Counted from the first letter of the stretch, positions 22,023 to 35,895 are shown. The stretch is DNA of 64,000 bases from Chrysomallon squamiferum (GCA_012295275.1 CM022668.1:4154001-4218000); one strand, 5' to 3'. Translations and numbers: made by a program. Notes: generated by a model not told the origin, from the sequence alone.

Positions 22023-22929
22023 GATGTGGACTTGGCTATTCCACTGATGTTAGCTTCTATAATGAGGAGGAGCTGATGATGTTACTTTTAACTTGAAAGA
22101 GTTTTCAGACAAAATATGTTTGGAACAGTTTTGTTTCACAAAAAGATGAAATACATCATCTGTGCAATTTGCTTAGAATGCCTGACCCAGTTAATTGTGA
22201 AACAAATTTTTGTCTGACTTTGTCTGGTTTTGAGGTGACTTGCACATACCCACATTGCTTTTATGATTTGAGATTCCTATTTTCGCAATCCACTTTGCAA
22301 CTGAGTTTGATTTTAAACATATTTCTAATTACATCTTTGACAACTTTGGACACAAACTTTCATCAAGCATGGATAAATCCCTCAGCTACTTGCAGACATC
22401 ATTGCAACAAAAGTTCCCCTCTGAAGAACTGGTGGGGATTCATCGACGGAACAGTTCATGAGATAGAGTGATCATCAGTGGACCAAAGACATGCTTTTAG
22501 TGGCCACAAGAGAAAGCATGACATCAAATTTCAGTCAGTGATGGCACCCTGTGCACTTGTTGTCAAGTTGTTAGGGCATATTCTGAACTAGAAAAGACAG
22601 AGGTAGACTTGCTGTCAGTGTTCTTCTTCCACTACTAGAAGCCAGGATGAATGATGTGAATGAATATCAATTTTCCTATACGAAGGTACGCCCTGAAGGA
22701 TTATCTGTTGGCTTTCAACAAAAACATGTCTGCTGTTTGACAATGTGTAGAATGGGGGCTTGGCAAAGTAGTGCAGCTGTTCTAGTTTGTGGGTTTTAGG
22801 AAGAACTTAAAACTGTTCCTGCAGCCGCATATTGACAGATATTACTTTCTGGCCCATCTGTTCATTAAACTGTCACACGTGTCTGTGTGGGTCACAGACA
22901 TCATTCTTCTTTGGACTGAACCCACCAAC
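22023..22929 (+). mobile_element. Decayed PIF/Harbinger-superfamily (DDE_Tnp_4-type) transposase
   Basis: Frameshifted peptides FNLKEFSDKICLEQFCFTK.., NWWGFIDGT, HAFSGHKRKHDIKFQSV, CVEWGLGKVVQLF and NCHTCLCGSQTSFFFGLNPPTLEEYL match the family motifs GFIDGT / GHKR..KFQ / VEW.FG. Confidence 0.8.
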
Positions 22930-24640
22930 ACTTGAAGAATACCTATCCTGTACTTTTTTGTTTTAAAAGTAAAAAAAAACAAAAACAATCCCAACAAAAC
23001 AAAACCCCCAAAAATAAAACCATGTGTTTGTAAATGATTGTATACGAAAGAAGATGTGTGTTTGGGAGTGAAAGTGTATGTAAAAACTGTTTTTTGTATT
23101 TTCAGCTTAGAAATTCACCACACCGTGTACTGTAAAAAAATACTATTTATATTGCTTGTAAATTGATAATGGATGATACATTAGGATTTATGCTTGTCAA
23201 TTGCCAAGATTCTAAACTAATGAGACGACAAGGATGATTTCAATTAAGGAAAAAACGATCAAGAAATTATAATCAGGTATCAGTGGGGTGCAGGCAATTT
23301 TTATGTGAGTTCATTTAAAAGTAATTCCAGGGGCCTGACCATTTTGCGTTTTTTTAACTATAAAAAAACTTAGATCGTTGCACACTGTCAAATAAGCAAC
23401 ACTGATGTTAATTATTACCAGCAGACATATAATTAAAGCAACAGTGATTCACTCTCATTCACATTAATGATCAATTATTATTAGAATTTTAAAGATGGAA
23501 ATAATTGCCTTTCCATCTAAGAAAAAAAAAAAAAAAAAAAAAAAGGAAGAGAAAAATAGGATTTTCTAAATACATCTTTGTAATCTAAAAACTGAAAGGA
23601 AAGAAAAACCAAAAGGTGTTTTTAATTAGGTGTTAAGCATTACCTGTATTACGAGACAATGAAAATAACCTGTTATAAAATCAAAAATTAGTTGAGGAAG
23701 AAGTAGTAGCTTTTTATAAAACATTGTATGCTAATCAAGACAATGATTTTACTAACAAAAATCTAGACAAAATACTTACAAACATGGTCAAACTGTATAG
23801 AAAAGATGTAAAGTGACATGGACAAGACGAACATTAAGGCCACCAATTTTATGTAACTGTCATATTAAAATTGGACAATAAAAGAATTTCATTTTTAAAA
23901 GATGGGTTTGTTAAAACCAACTTTCTTACTGATGTTGAATTTTATGATTTGTTAAATTGTTTTATTATTATTATTTTTGTTTACACATTCTCGGGAACAA
24001 AACACAAATCAATAACACAAAAGAAAGTAAAAATCAAATAATAATAATTAAAAAAAACAAAAACAAATGAAATAGTGGTATCTGTGATTAGGATAAAATG
24101 TGAAGCTGTTTTTTATTCATTAAATATTTATAAAAATAAACATAATATAAATAATCTTAACCAAATTAACATAAAGAAAATATACTGGGGAGGGGAAAAA
24201 AGGAAGAAAAAAGACGAAAAGTGTGTATTATTACTATTACTGTTATTATTATCAGCATCCTTATCATTATCGTTATTATCTAATGTGTAATCGTCCTCGT
24301 AGAATGGATTAAAAAAAGAGAAGAAAGAAAAAAGAATTGTAAATCGATGATTTTATTATTACTATTATTTATTACATTACATTACATTACATTATATCTA
24401 TCTATCTGTTGTAAGAGAAAGTAAATTGCGTTAATTTTATTATTATTATTTTTTTTTTTCGAAATCAGACGACACCATTACACATCCATAACAGTGGAAA
24501 GTACTCAATACATAAATTACCAACTATGATTATTATTAGTAACGTATGTGAAAACGGTACAACAAATAAGTTTTCGTAACGTTTGGGAAATTATTTCAGT
24601 CCGTAACTATATACACACCTAATTGTGATCGATGTGATAG

Positions 24641-25230
24641 TGACGTCATATTGAATCTGTATTTTCCTGGAAACTAAACACACGCTAAGTGCTGAGTCAG
24701 GAATTCGGGAAAAACCTTTACTTTTATTTAGAATTTTTCCTAACTAGTTTGTCTAATCAGTAACCTACAACTGAAGTGAGCCGCTAACAGAACAGACAGC
24801 CATTATACCCACAAAAAAACAAACAAAGAAAACATACATTTTTATTTTTTGTTTTCATTAATGATCCGTATTCAGTACAAATAAACTCTTTAGCTAAAAG
24901 TACCATCACCAGTTACTCGCCACGAACTGCGCATGCTTTCGCTAAGCTACGGTGCTGTTCGATTGTTGCAAACCGGTTTTTATTTCTCACAGTCTGAAAC
25001 GTACATTTTCAAGTGACAGCGTCATTCTCTATGTTTTCTGCTTTCAGCCCACACAATCATCAGCAACCGGTTTTGGCTGCCAGGTATCTTGACATTACAA
25101 ACGAACACGGATTTAAGCAAGGGAAAATCCCTTTTTGGGAAGTCGTGGAAAGGACTGTGCTGATCAAATTATAAATATAATTCGATTGACGGATAGAATA
25201 TTTAAACTTGTACTGGCTGTGGACTGGCAG
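24641..25230 (+). promoter_or_regulatory. Caspase promoter copy P1 and non-coding exon 1 (gene body deleted)
   Basis: TGACGTCA 24641, TTCCTGGAA 24664, TGAGTCA 24693, GGGAAAAACC 24707, GGGAAAATCCC 25121, TATAAATA 25170 and donor CAG|GTAAAC after 25230. Homologous to sequence upstream of the other caspase copies. Confidence 0.55.
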
Positions 25231-27587
25231 GTAAACGCGTAATGTAGTTTAAAAGAATCAGTTATTGTCTTAAAACAACATGTTAATGTTATTAACATTG
25301 TGACAGTGTTAGGTTGTTTTGACTTTAATGAGTCGGTGACGGAACAGAAATATGAAACGAAATGAAATCGTTATTTCCGACGTTTTTAAAACTTTAACTT
25401 AAATGTTAAACTATTTCAGCAGTCAGTGAGTTTGAACTTCAGTTTTCTTTTTTGATTATTCATAAATAACATACGTACTTCATTACTAGTTACTTTTCCC
25501 AAAACATATTTTTAAATATAATTAATTATTCAGTACTGTTGTTTTTTTATTGATCGGTTTTAACAAGTACCTTGCCATATCTGCAAAGAATATTTGATGA
25601 TTGATGGTAATAACATTAACAACAAGAAGAAAATAGACCAGTACTCAATAAACAAAATTTAGTCAGTAAACTACCAAGGTTTGGCTTTGGATATAAATTG
25701 TAATGAAAATTAATGACTGCTGTCTGTTTAGTTCATATGCTGACATTGTCAGATATTTTCCCCAGTCACCGTGTGGGAAACAAAACTATACTAAATTCTA
25801 AAGCTGTGAAAACATATAACATAGATTTTACTGATCACCCAATTAATTAATTTTGCAGAAACACTTGTATGCCCTCACTGAAAGGAAATATAAAAATCAG
25901 TTGTTCACAGGTGTGCCTTAATTTAAACTGTGTCTTAAAATCTGTTATTTTCTATAGTTGTTAAAAATTTGTGTATATTTTATTTTTTATTATTATTTGT
26001 TTTTTCTTCAGAAAATTCTTTGCCAGTTGTTTTTAGAATCACATGCAGTTAAAATATTTTATTTTCTATAGTTGGTTATTCTGAATATATCTGTTGTTTT
26101 CTAAGCATTTAAAACATACTAAAGACAGTTCATTGTGATCCTACAGCAGATAATATCTTCTGTATTAACACTTGCAAAATGCAGCAGCATTCATTTAAAT
26201 AATAACAAATATTGAAATTTTTACAATATATCATACAGTAAAAGTAGGTTTATACTTTTTATTATACATATATTTTTACAATAAAATGAGTTTTTGTATT
26301 TCATTTAAAAGCTATATAAACATCAGGACAAAAAAAAAGAATTGTTATATTTTGGCGAAATTAATCACTACAAACTGTTTACACTTATAGATAATACACA
26401 TTTACAAGAAAATAATATAAATATATTTTTTATATTTAATAATAAATAAATAAAATGTAATAAAAAGACATTGAGTCATTTTCTAACAACGAACTGTGCA
26501 TAAGTGGGTTTTACTTTAAAATTGCTTTATTAATTTGTTGTTTAAAGTTGTTTTTTGTTTATTTATTTATTTATTTTTTAAAATAAGAAAAATGAATACA
26601 TTTTTGAACTGTTTCTATCTTATTTTTAAAGCAGAGTCATTATATATGATAATTCAAAGGATTTTTGACTATCATAAAGCATGACAAGAAAATTAAAATC
26701 TCTTAATGATGCATAATGGCTGAATAATAATAATAATAATAATAATAACAACAACAGTAATGATAATAATAATAATAACAACAACGACAATGATAATAAT
26801 AACTGGAGTATACAAAACGTGACGGTAACATTTATTAGGATATTTTAAAGAAACACTATAAAGATGTATTTTTATCTCTAATATATTTTTCTCTTTCGCT
26901 GTTTAATGACAGTAATTTTAGAAGTATGTAGTGGATTCAAATTTTGTGCTTTTGAATATAACTGAAAAGCTGTATATATATATATAAACAAAAAGCTAAA
27001 ATCTTCGTTTTATTTAAATTAATTTATTTTATTTTGCATATTCCAGTCATGTATAACTAATTGGATTTAAATTTTAGGAAATGTTAGACTGGAGTTATTT
27101 CCCTTTCGTTTTGTTCTCGATAGTGGTTCAAAAGCTTAGCTTTAGTCTAGATAATTACAAAATAAATTTAAAAAACGAAAGAAAAAAAATAACAATGGCT
27201 CTGTAATAAGTTGCTTAGTTTATTATTTATTTATTATAACATATTTTCTATCTATCTATGTATCTGATGTAAGTGAAACAAATTGTGTAGATTTTATTTA
27301 TTATTTGGCTTGAGAATCAGATGACTTCATTACACATTCTGAACACTGGAAAGTACTCAATACATAAATTTACAACTAAAATTATTAGTAGTAATATATG
27401 TGAATCAGATACGACAAAAATGATTTTGTTTTCGTAGCATTCGTTGAATGTTTCAGTCTATGCACACCTAATATAATCTAGAAGTTGTTGGAAAATTACT
27501 TTATTTAGAATTTTTCCTAACTAGTTTGTCTAATCAGTAAGCTTCGACTGATGTCATCCGCTAATAGAACAGACAACCATTAGAAAG

Positions 27588-27657
<70 letters not shown>

Positions 27658-27891
27658 ATTAGTTATCTGTATTCAGTGAAAATAATCAGTTTTAAGCTAA
27701 TAGTACAATCACGAGTTTACGGTTACGTTCGGTTGTTGCAAACCGGTTTTATTTGTTATAGTTTGAAACGTACAGTTTCAACAATTGTGTCAATTTCTTT
27801 GTTTTCTCATTTTAGCAATCGGTTGTAGTTCCCAAATATCTTAACATTATAAGCTGGATATATGCCAAAAACGATCACGGCCTTAATCAAA

Positions 27892-27990
27892 GGGAAATCC
27901 CTTGTTGGAAAGTCCGGAAGAAAATTATAAATATAATTCCATTGAAGGATAGAATATTTAATCTTGTACTGGCTGTGAACTGTCATGTAA
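27892..27990 (+). promoter_or_regulatory. Caspase promoter copy P2 (kB site plus TATA box)
   Basis: GGGAAATCCC 27892-27901, TATAAATA ~27926; paralogous to P1; lies ~0.8 kb upstream of the ATG exon. Confidence 0.55.
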
Positions 27991-28737
27991 AAGACTGGTG
28001 CAGTTTTACAGCATCAGTTATTGTTTTAAAACAAGGTATTAATGCTATTTACATTGTAACTGTGACGTTGTTTTGATTTTAATGAGTGAGTCACAGAACA
28101 GAAATGTGAAACGAAATCAAACCGTTGAGTCGTTTTTAATATTTTAAATTAAAAGTTAAACTATTTCAGCAGTCAGTGAGATTGAACTACAGTTTTCTCT
28201 TAATGATTATTCATAATTAACATACCTACTTCATTAATAGATACTTTTAAATATAATTAGTTACTCAGTACTGTTGCTTTTGATAGATCCGTTTTAACAA
28301 GTACCTTACCACATCTGCAAAGAATATTTGATTATTTGTGGTAATACCAACAACAACAAAATAAAGTAATACTTTATAAACAAAAATTAATTTAGTCAGT
28401 AAATTACCAAGGTTTGGTGTTTCGGTGGATATAAATTATAATGAAAATTAGTGACTGCTGTGTATTTAGTTAATATGCTGATATTGTCAAATATTTTCCA
28501 CAGTCACTGTCTGGGAAACAAAAATATACTAAATGCTAATGCTGTGAAAACATAAAATATAGATTTTATTGATCACACAGTTATTTAATTTTGCAGAAAC
28601 ACTTGTATTCCACAGTGTGTCAGTGAAAGTAAATATAAAAATCAGTTGTTCCTAGGTGTGACGTAATTTAAACTGTGTCTGTATCCTTTTTTCCAGACAA
28701 GAACTACATACCCTGTGTCTAATAAATAAGAAACAAA

Positions 28738-31700
28738 ATGTCTAACACTTTATGAATGGATGCAGAGGATGAGGTAGGTGTTGATTTCAGACGTGTACTA
28801 CTTAAAGTTGCTGGTGACCTGGTCAACAAGGACATTGATTCTCTGAAATTCTTGTGTCGCGACTTTGCTGCATTGAGTTGACTGGAACATATAAAGAAGG
28901 GAACTGAACTGTTCAGCTTTCTTGAGAAGACAGGCAAACTGAATGAAACAAATAAGTGGACTTTCGCTGAGTTGTCAAAACGTACTATGAGGTTAGATCT
29001 TGTGAAAAATTTACAGGTTGACGAGAAAGAACTGGATAAACATCTGGACTTATTTGGGTCACATTTTTCAGCATACAGAAATCTACTTCTTGATCTTTCT
29101 AATCAAATCGGAGAAGAGGACTTGCGTAAGTTGTTGTTGTTTTGTTCTGTAGACATTCCTAGAGCAAAGCAACAAAAGATTCACAGTGTGCTGGATATTT
29201 TTCTCATTCTTGAACAGATGAAAAAAATTAGTCCTGAAAATGTTGACATTTTGGAAGGTTCTTTTAAGCACATAGGAAGATCTGATTTGGTGGAAAAAAC
29301 AATGAACTACAAGCAGTGGATGGGTCTTAGGACAATGTCTACAGCAGATCAGTCAGCATTGACGAAGAGTGGAAATAAACTTGAACAACCAGTATGCCTT
29401 CCAATACAAGAGGTGCAAGGAAAATATCAGCAGCCTACTGTACCAAAGAATCCTCAACTTACACAAAGTCCTACTTCCGAACCAGGTAAAAAAAGAAACG
29501 GCCAAAAGCTTTCATAAATGACCCCTGAATCATAAAACTGATAACTTAATTTGTATTGTAACTTTATTTTGAAAATAAATTAAGGTAGAAATATTCCTGT
29601 AAATGATCAGATTACATCATTGTTTCAGTAATTAATTCTTGGAATCAAGGATTTCTGTATTTTAGCATATCTCATTAGTTCTGTCAATGATTTCAACTTT
29701 TCTATTAACTGTTAATTGTTCCATTGAGAATTTCACCATTTCTGTATAAACTTAATAATTCCACAATAAAATGGAAAATGTCCGCATCCATAATTAGTCT
29801 AATTTTATTCAAATACTATATATTTTTATTATTTCTTTATTTATTAAATTTTATTATTTATTCCTTATTATTTCATTTTTTTCTCATATTTTTTAAATTC
29901 TAACTCCTTTCCTATTTTTTTTCAGATGTATTTGTACTAATCAAAGATATCTTTCTGAAATTATCGACCAAGCAGTATTTTGCCCTTGGAACCAAGCTGA
30001 ATATTTCTGACATAAAGCTACATAATTTCAATAAGCTCTGTGATTCACATGAAAAGAGAAATATGGAAATGATGGAACTGTGGCTCCAGAAAATGGAAAG
30101 CATTGATGATAGAGAAAAGATAACAGTGTTGTCCAACGCAATGGAAAACTGCAAAATGATAGATGTACTAATAGCAGCACTGGAAACCATGTTTGGAAAA
30201 CAGCCACAAGGTAATGTGTTAGTTTGAAGTAAATCAGCACTCTGAAAATACAAAACATTTGACAATTATTCTAGAATTCAGAGAATGAAAAGTTTAAGTT
30301 ATTTCAGTGTCATTACCATTATCCCTCAAGACTTTATCACACAATTTCATTTACTAGTGAATTAATTTGTTTATGTTCTTTTTAGTCACATGTTACATTA
30401 TGTGTGTGTGGTTAGTATTTATAGGTATTTCTTTTATTTGTCTATTTATTTATTACATTTTGTTCCTTATTCATTCATTGATTATAATTAAAATCATCAT
30501 CATTATGAATTATTCTTATTATATGTGTTTGTTTGTTTTTAATTAAATTTTCTTAATTATTTGTTATTATTTCATTCTTTTTTCTTATTTTTTATTTTAG
30601 CTCTTTTTTCAGATGAACTAATCTGTTATATTGCTCGGAATATGTCAAACACGCAGTACTTTACCCTTGGAACCATGCTGAATGTGTCTAACAAAAAGCT
30701 AAATATTTTAAATGTATGTGAGAAATCATCCCCCAGTAGTGAGATGCTGAAACAGTGGTTTCAGAAGATGAAAAAAGGCGGTGACGATCCCAAAAAGACA
30801 TTAATATATTTGTCCAAGGTCATGGACGAATGTAAAATGCTTCATATACTAATAGAAGCAATATTAGAAATCATGTTTGGAAAACAGCCACAAGGTAATG
30901 TGTTAGTTTGAAATTAATCAGCACTCACAAAACATTTGACAAATATTCTAGAATTCAGAGAGTGAAAAGTTTAAGCTATTTCAGTGCCATTGTCATTAAC
31001 CCTCGAGACTTTATCACAAACTTTCATTCAGCAGTGACTAAATTCTATTATGATTTTATGTCTCTAGTTACATTTTATATATGTATATCATTTTATATGT
31101 GTGTTTCTGTGATTATTATTTATATCTTGCTTTTGATCTTCTACATTTAATTTTGATGAAAATATTTTGGTTTCAGGTCCTGATATCAGCTTGAGCAAGC
31201 AGAGGGTACATGCAGCTAAAAGGAAAGGTAACTATACATTTTATTTGTTTTTCATTTCGTTTGGACAGCATTTATTTCTAATAATGAAGTACAGAATAAT
31301 AAGATATTTGTATCTTTATTATTTTTTAGACAAAAAGTGTAAATCTGTTTACATCCAGTTGATTGTTTTTTGTGTCTAATTATTTTTATTCAAGTATTAT
31401 AGTATTAGCAGTAATTTATGAATATGTATACAACATAATTCTACACTTTTTGTTTGCATTTATGTAAGTGTTTGTGTGTGAGAGAGAGATTTTAATTTAT
31501 GTCTAAAATTCCATCTACTGTTTTTATTTTTTTATGAAAATATTTTGGTTTCAGATCCTGAGATCAGCATAAAAGGACAAAGGGCACATGAAGTTAACAG
31601 AGCGGGTAATTATACAGTTTATTAATTTTTCATTTTGCTTTTGGAGAAAATGTTTTTCTAATAATGAAGTACAGAATAAGAAGATATCTGAAACTGTTAG

Positions 31701-34700
31701 TTTTTAAACAAAGTATAAACCTGTGAACTTCCAGTTGACTTTTTGTAACTACAGTATATGAGAAACATTGTATCAATACTGGTCAAGTAAAATTACAACA
31801 TTATAACATGAATTTAATGTGATCATGATATTGACATGTAATTTTGCTAGTCAATAACATTCCAGTTTAATAACAGTAATTTATTTCTAGTACTTTTTCA
31901 GATGGTTTGAAGAAAATAAACATAAATGTGACTTCATACTTATTATCATCATCATTGTCAATATAATTAATTACTCTTTTTTTTTTTGGAAACATGGGTA
32001 CACATTATACACCTACATCATTTTATTCTTTGTTATATTGTCATTAATCTTTATTATTAGCAAATAACTGACATCACAAAACAAATAAAGAAATCACATT
32101 AAATTGCATTTATTTTAATTTTATAGAGTACTTACTTTGAATTCTGTTACTTATTTATTATTAATTTTTAATTTTTAACTTATTTTTTTTTTGTTGAAAA
32201 TCTTCAGCAAGTGATTTTCGAGGTGTCCAAGAGCAGCGTGCTGCCTGCTACAAAATGGATGCCAATCCTCGAGGTATGTGTTAAAATAAAGATTTTACTA
32301 ATTTGAGATTAGCAAAAAGGATATTTTTTCTTAGGTCAGAAAGGTCTGTTAACAAAAGGTTCACAATATTCTGGTATGAATGGGAAATAGCTTGGTTGCA
32401 GAAATCACGTTAAGCTGCATTTAATTTAATTTTATAGTAGAATTTACTTTGAATTCTGTTACTTATTTATTACAAATTTTTAATTTTTAACTTATTTTTT
32501 TGTTGAAAATCTTCAGCCAGTTATTTTCGAGGTGTCCAAGAGCAGAGTGCTGACTACTACAAAATGAATGCCAATCCTCGAGGTATGTGTTCAAATAAAG
32601 ATTTTACTAATTTGGGATTAGCAAAAAAGGATCTTTTTTCTTTGGTCAGAAAGGTCTGTTAACAAAAGGTTCACAATATTCTGGTTTGAATGGGAAATAG
32701 CTTGGCTGAGTGGGAAGTATCCTGGCTGGATTGGGAAATAGACTCCAAAGTATGTTAACTAAAATAGGATGGCAGTTGAATGAGGAATCAATTTACCTCT
32801 CTTTTTATATCCTTTAACAATCTGTTACTATTATTGACATCATGCTAACAGGGGAGAGGTCAGTCACATACAAACAGTTTAGTTTTTTAAGCCTTGTGGT
32901 TTGTTCAGTGCTGCTTACACAGACCTGCACTGCCAGAGATTTGACTTCCCCAGTGTACAAGTCATGTTTCCCTGCTCTCACTCCACTGCTATATCTTGAT
33001 GAGTGATTCATAAAGAAAGAGACAGTCTGGACTCTCCACATTCATATCACTGAATCTCTCCCTCATTCTGTCTCTTTGTTTCTCTTTGTCTGTCTCCCTT
33101 AAATTTATTCTTTATATTTTCATTAAATTAATAAAAAAAAATTGTTTTATTCTAGGAATGTGTTTATTAATCAACAACAGAGATTTTCTCACATATCCAG
33201 TGAAGCCAGAAGCTAAAATGTTGGAAGAAAGAAAGGGAACTGATGTAGATGCTGGTAAGTTTTACTTAGAAAGAAAATAGCAGTAACAACAACAACAACT
33301 ATAGTAATAATAAAAATAACAGTATTAATAACAATAACAGTGATAATTTTAACAATAATAATATTAATACTAACGACGAATAACAATAAAATAGTAATTG
33401 CAATAAAAGCAATAATAATAATAATAATGAAAGTATATGTGGTGTGTGTATATATATATAATTCATAGTGTTTTTTTAAACAAAATTCATACAGTATTTA
33501 GATATTTGTAGAGAGATTTATTCACTTGCATAATTAATTATATCCCATTTTTTTCACCTTTCAGAATATGTATAAAGCAGATAATATTTGTTTTGTTCAG
33601 ACCTAATAAATCTCTCTAAGTGACTTACATAATTAATTATGTGCCATTTTTTCACCTTTCAGAATGTGTATAAAAGAGATAATAATTTTTTGTTCAAACA
33701 TAACTTACACATACACTAACACACATCAATATTCATACCTAGTTAAAAAATATGTAAATCAATTTTATTTGTAGTTAAGCTGAAAGAAACTTTTGAGAAC
33801 CTTCAGTTCATCGTCCACTACAAAGAATATTTGACTGACACTGACATGGTTGAAGCTGTAAAGGGCCTGGCTTTCTTTGATCACAGTGACTATGACATTG
33901 TTGTGGTTTGTATTTTATCACACGGAGCTGACGGTGTGGTATATGGATGTAACGGTTTGCCTGTAAAGATCAGACAATTGACTGAACCATTTAGATCTCA
34001 GTCATGTCCAACACTGAGTGGGAAACCAAAGTTGTTTTTCATACAGGCTTGTCAGGGGAAGGAAAAAAAACTAGGTATGTATGGCAGCTGTTAAAAATAA
34101 TTTCTCAAAACTACATATATGATTATCTGTTGTATTTAGTCACATACATATTATATTGTGTGGCCTAAATCTGAGAAAGACATTTTCGGGTTTAAGAATT
34201 TGCTACAAGTTTATGCTGACATTGTCCACAAATGATAACATTTTTGTGTTTATTTGCTCTAAAATACTTCATGTATAGTTACAAATATCTGTATGGATTT
34301 TGGTATGAGTTTGTATGCAATTAGGATTAATATTTTTAAAATATCAGAACTTGATTTCTGATACATCTATTTACAGGATATGATACACAGATGGATGGTG
34401 ATACTGACATGGATGTTCAGCAGGAAAAAACAAACCCAGAAGAAGGAACAAACCCACAGGCAGAAACAAACCGATATGAAGCAGATTTTCTGATAGGATA
34501 TGCCACAGTACCAGGTTTTGTGTCTTACAGATCAAAATCACATGGATCCTGGTACATCACAAAACTGACAGAAATTTTAAATAAATATGCTAAAAAGTAA
34601 GTAAATGAATTTTATAAATGTATAAAATCTTAAGGGGAAACTTAAGAATCAGCTTGAAGATTACAACTAATGTATTCTTGCAGAAATGACATATAATGCA

Positions 34701-35756
34701 GAAACATGCATAGAAACAAGACAGACAAACAACAAACTAACAACCAGACAAAATAATTGTTAAGCATCACAACATGACCAAAAACCAACTCACCTGTATA
34801 AGATAAAACAAAGGTCATAGATAAGACTGATCAGGTTAGAAGCAGAACACAACAGCTGACCGATGATGATGACATTTTGAAAAGAAACAAATATTTTTTA
34901 ATATATATTGAGTTAGTCTCAGTCTTGTGACATCACTGAAATGTTGTCTTGAGGATTATTTTATTAGTATAAAAAAGTGGATCATCTACCTGTTCAGGAG
35001 ATGAAGATATGCAGTTTACAGATTTCTTTTATGTTGACAATATTGACTGCCTGTTTGGAAAGAAATGGCAGGTCAAACAACTTTTAGTACTGTTTATGTT
35101 TAAATATATACAACTGTTGCATTATTAAAATAAAAAATAAAAAAACTGGTTTAAGAAGTTTGGGTACCACTGTTTGCTGTGACTTTGTCTAAGTGTTTTG
35201 TAATGTCACATGTTGTTAACTGTTAGCTGGATGATGATTTTTCTAGGCTGGGCAAATTAATTACTATAATAAAACTTTCAATCAGTAAATCACGAAATTT
35301 AGTAGAATTCATGCACACGATATGTAATATATATAATGTACATGTTAGAAAGATCTTTTACATATGTGACTGTATTTTAGTTGGAACCTCTGAAGGAATG
35401 TTCCTACATTATCATGTTAACTAAAATGTACAAGAAATCATTTCGGTTCTCCTTTCTGATCTTTTAAGAAAGTAATAAAAACATAATACAGCTGGGACTT
35501 ACATACAGATCTGTTTTATACATATATATATTTAATTTTTGTTTTCTTAACCGTATGTATATGTTACACGAATATTACTATTTATTACTTTTTAAAATTT
35601 ATTTTCATTTTATACATTTTTCAGAGAGGACATCCTCAGTTTGCTCTTGTTAGTAAATAATGAAGTATGTAAACAAAACGCCACGGTGAATGATGGTACA
35701 TACAAGAGTCCCCAGCACCATTGTACACACTGAGGAAGAAGCTGATATTCAAGTGA
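28738..35756 (+). pseudogene. CASP8: Caspase-8-like gene A (DED-DED-DD-DD-caspase), disabled as assembled
   Basis: Exons 28697-29485 (ATG 28738, tandem DEDs with RLDLV/RSDLV motifs), 29926-30210 and 30601-30894 (DD-like), 31177-31227, 31555-31605, 32208-32273 and 32517-32582 (YKM.ANPRG), 33156-33254, 33775-34074 (ILSHG, KPKLFFIQACQG), 34377-34596 (ADFLIGYATVPGFVSYR..GSWYI) and 35625-35756. Lesions: TGA at 28753 and 28879, and a 1-bp deletion at ~35707. Confidence 0.88.
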
Positions 35757-35895
35757 AGCAGAACTTTTTAAACTGTACATTTTTGTTTTTTATTTTAACT
35801 GTTTTTTCAGAGAGTGAAATAGTTAAACTATTTCAGAATCATTACCAAAATTCCATCGTCTGTTTTTATTTTTTATGAAAATATATTGGTTTCAG

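Noticed and set aside
28753-28881. Selenocysteine or programmed readthrough of in-frame TGA codons
   Set aside because: Both align to Arg CGA in the paralog, and the gene also has a downstream frameshift; simple CpG decay explains them
33775-34074. c-FLIP (catalytically dead) identity for the caspase copies
   Set aside because: All three catalytic exons keep His in SHG and Cys in QACQG
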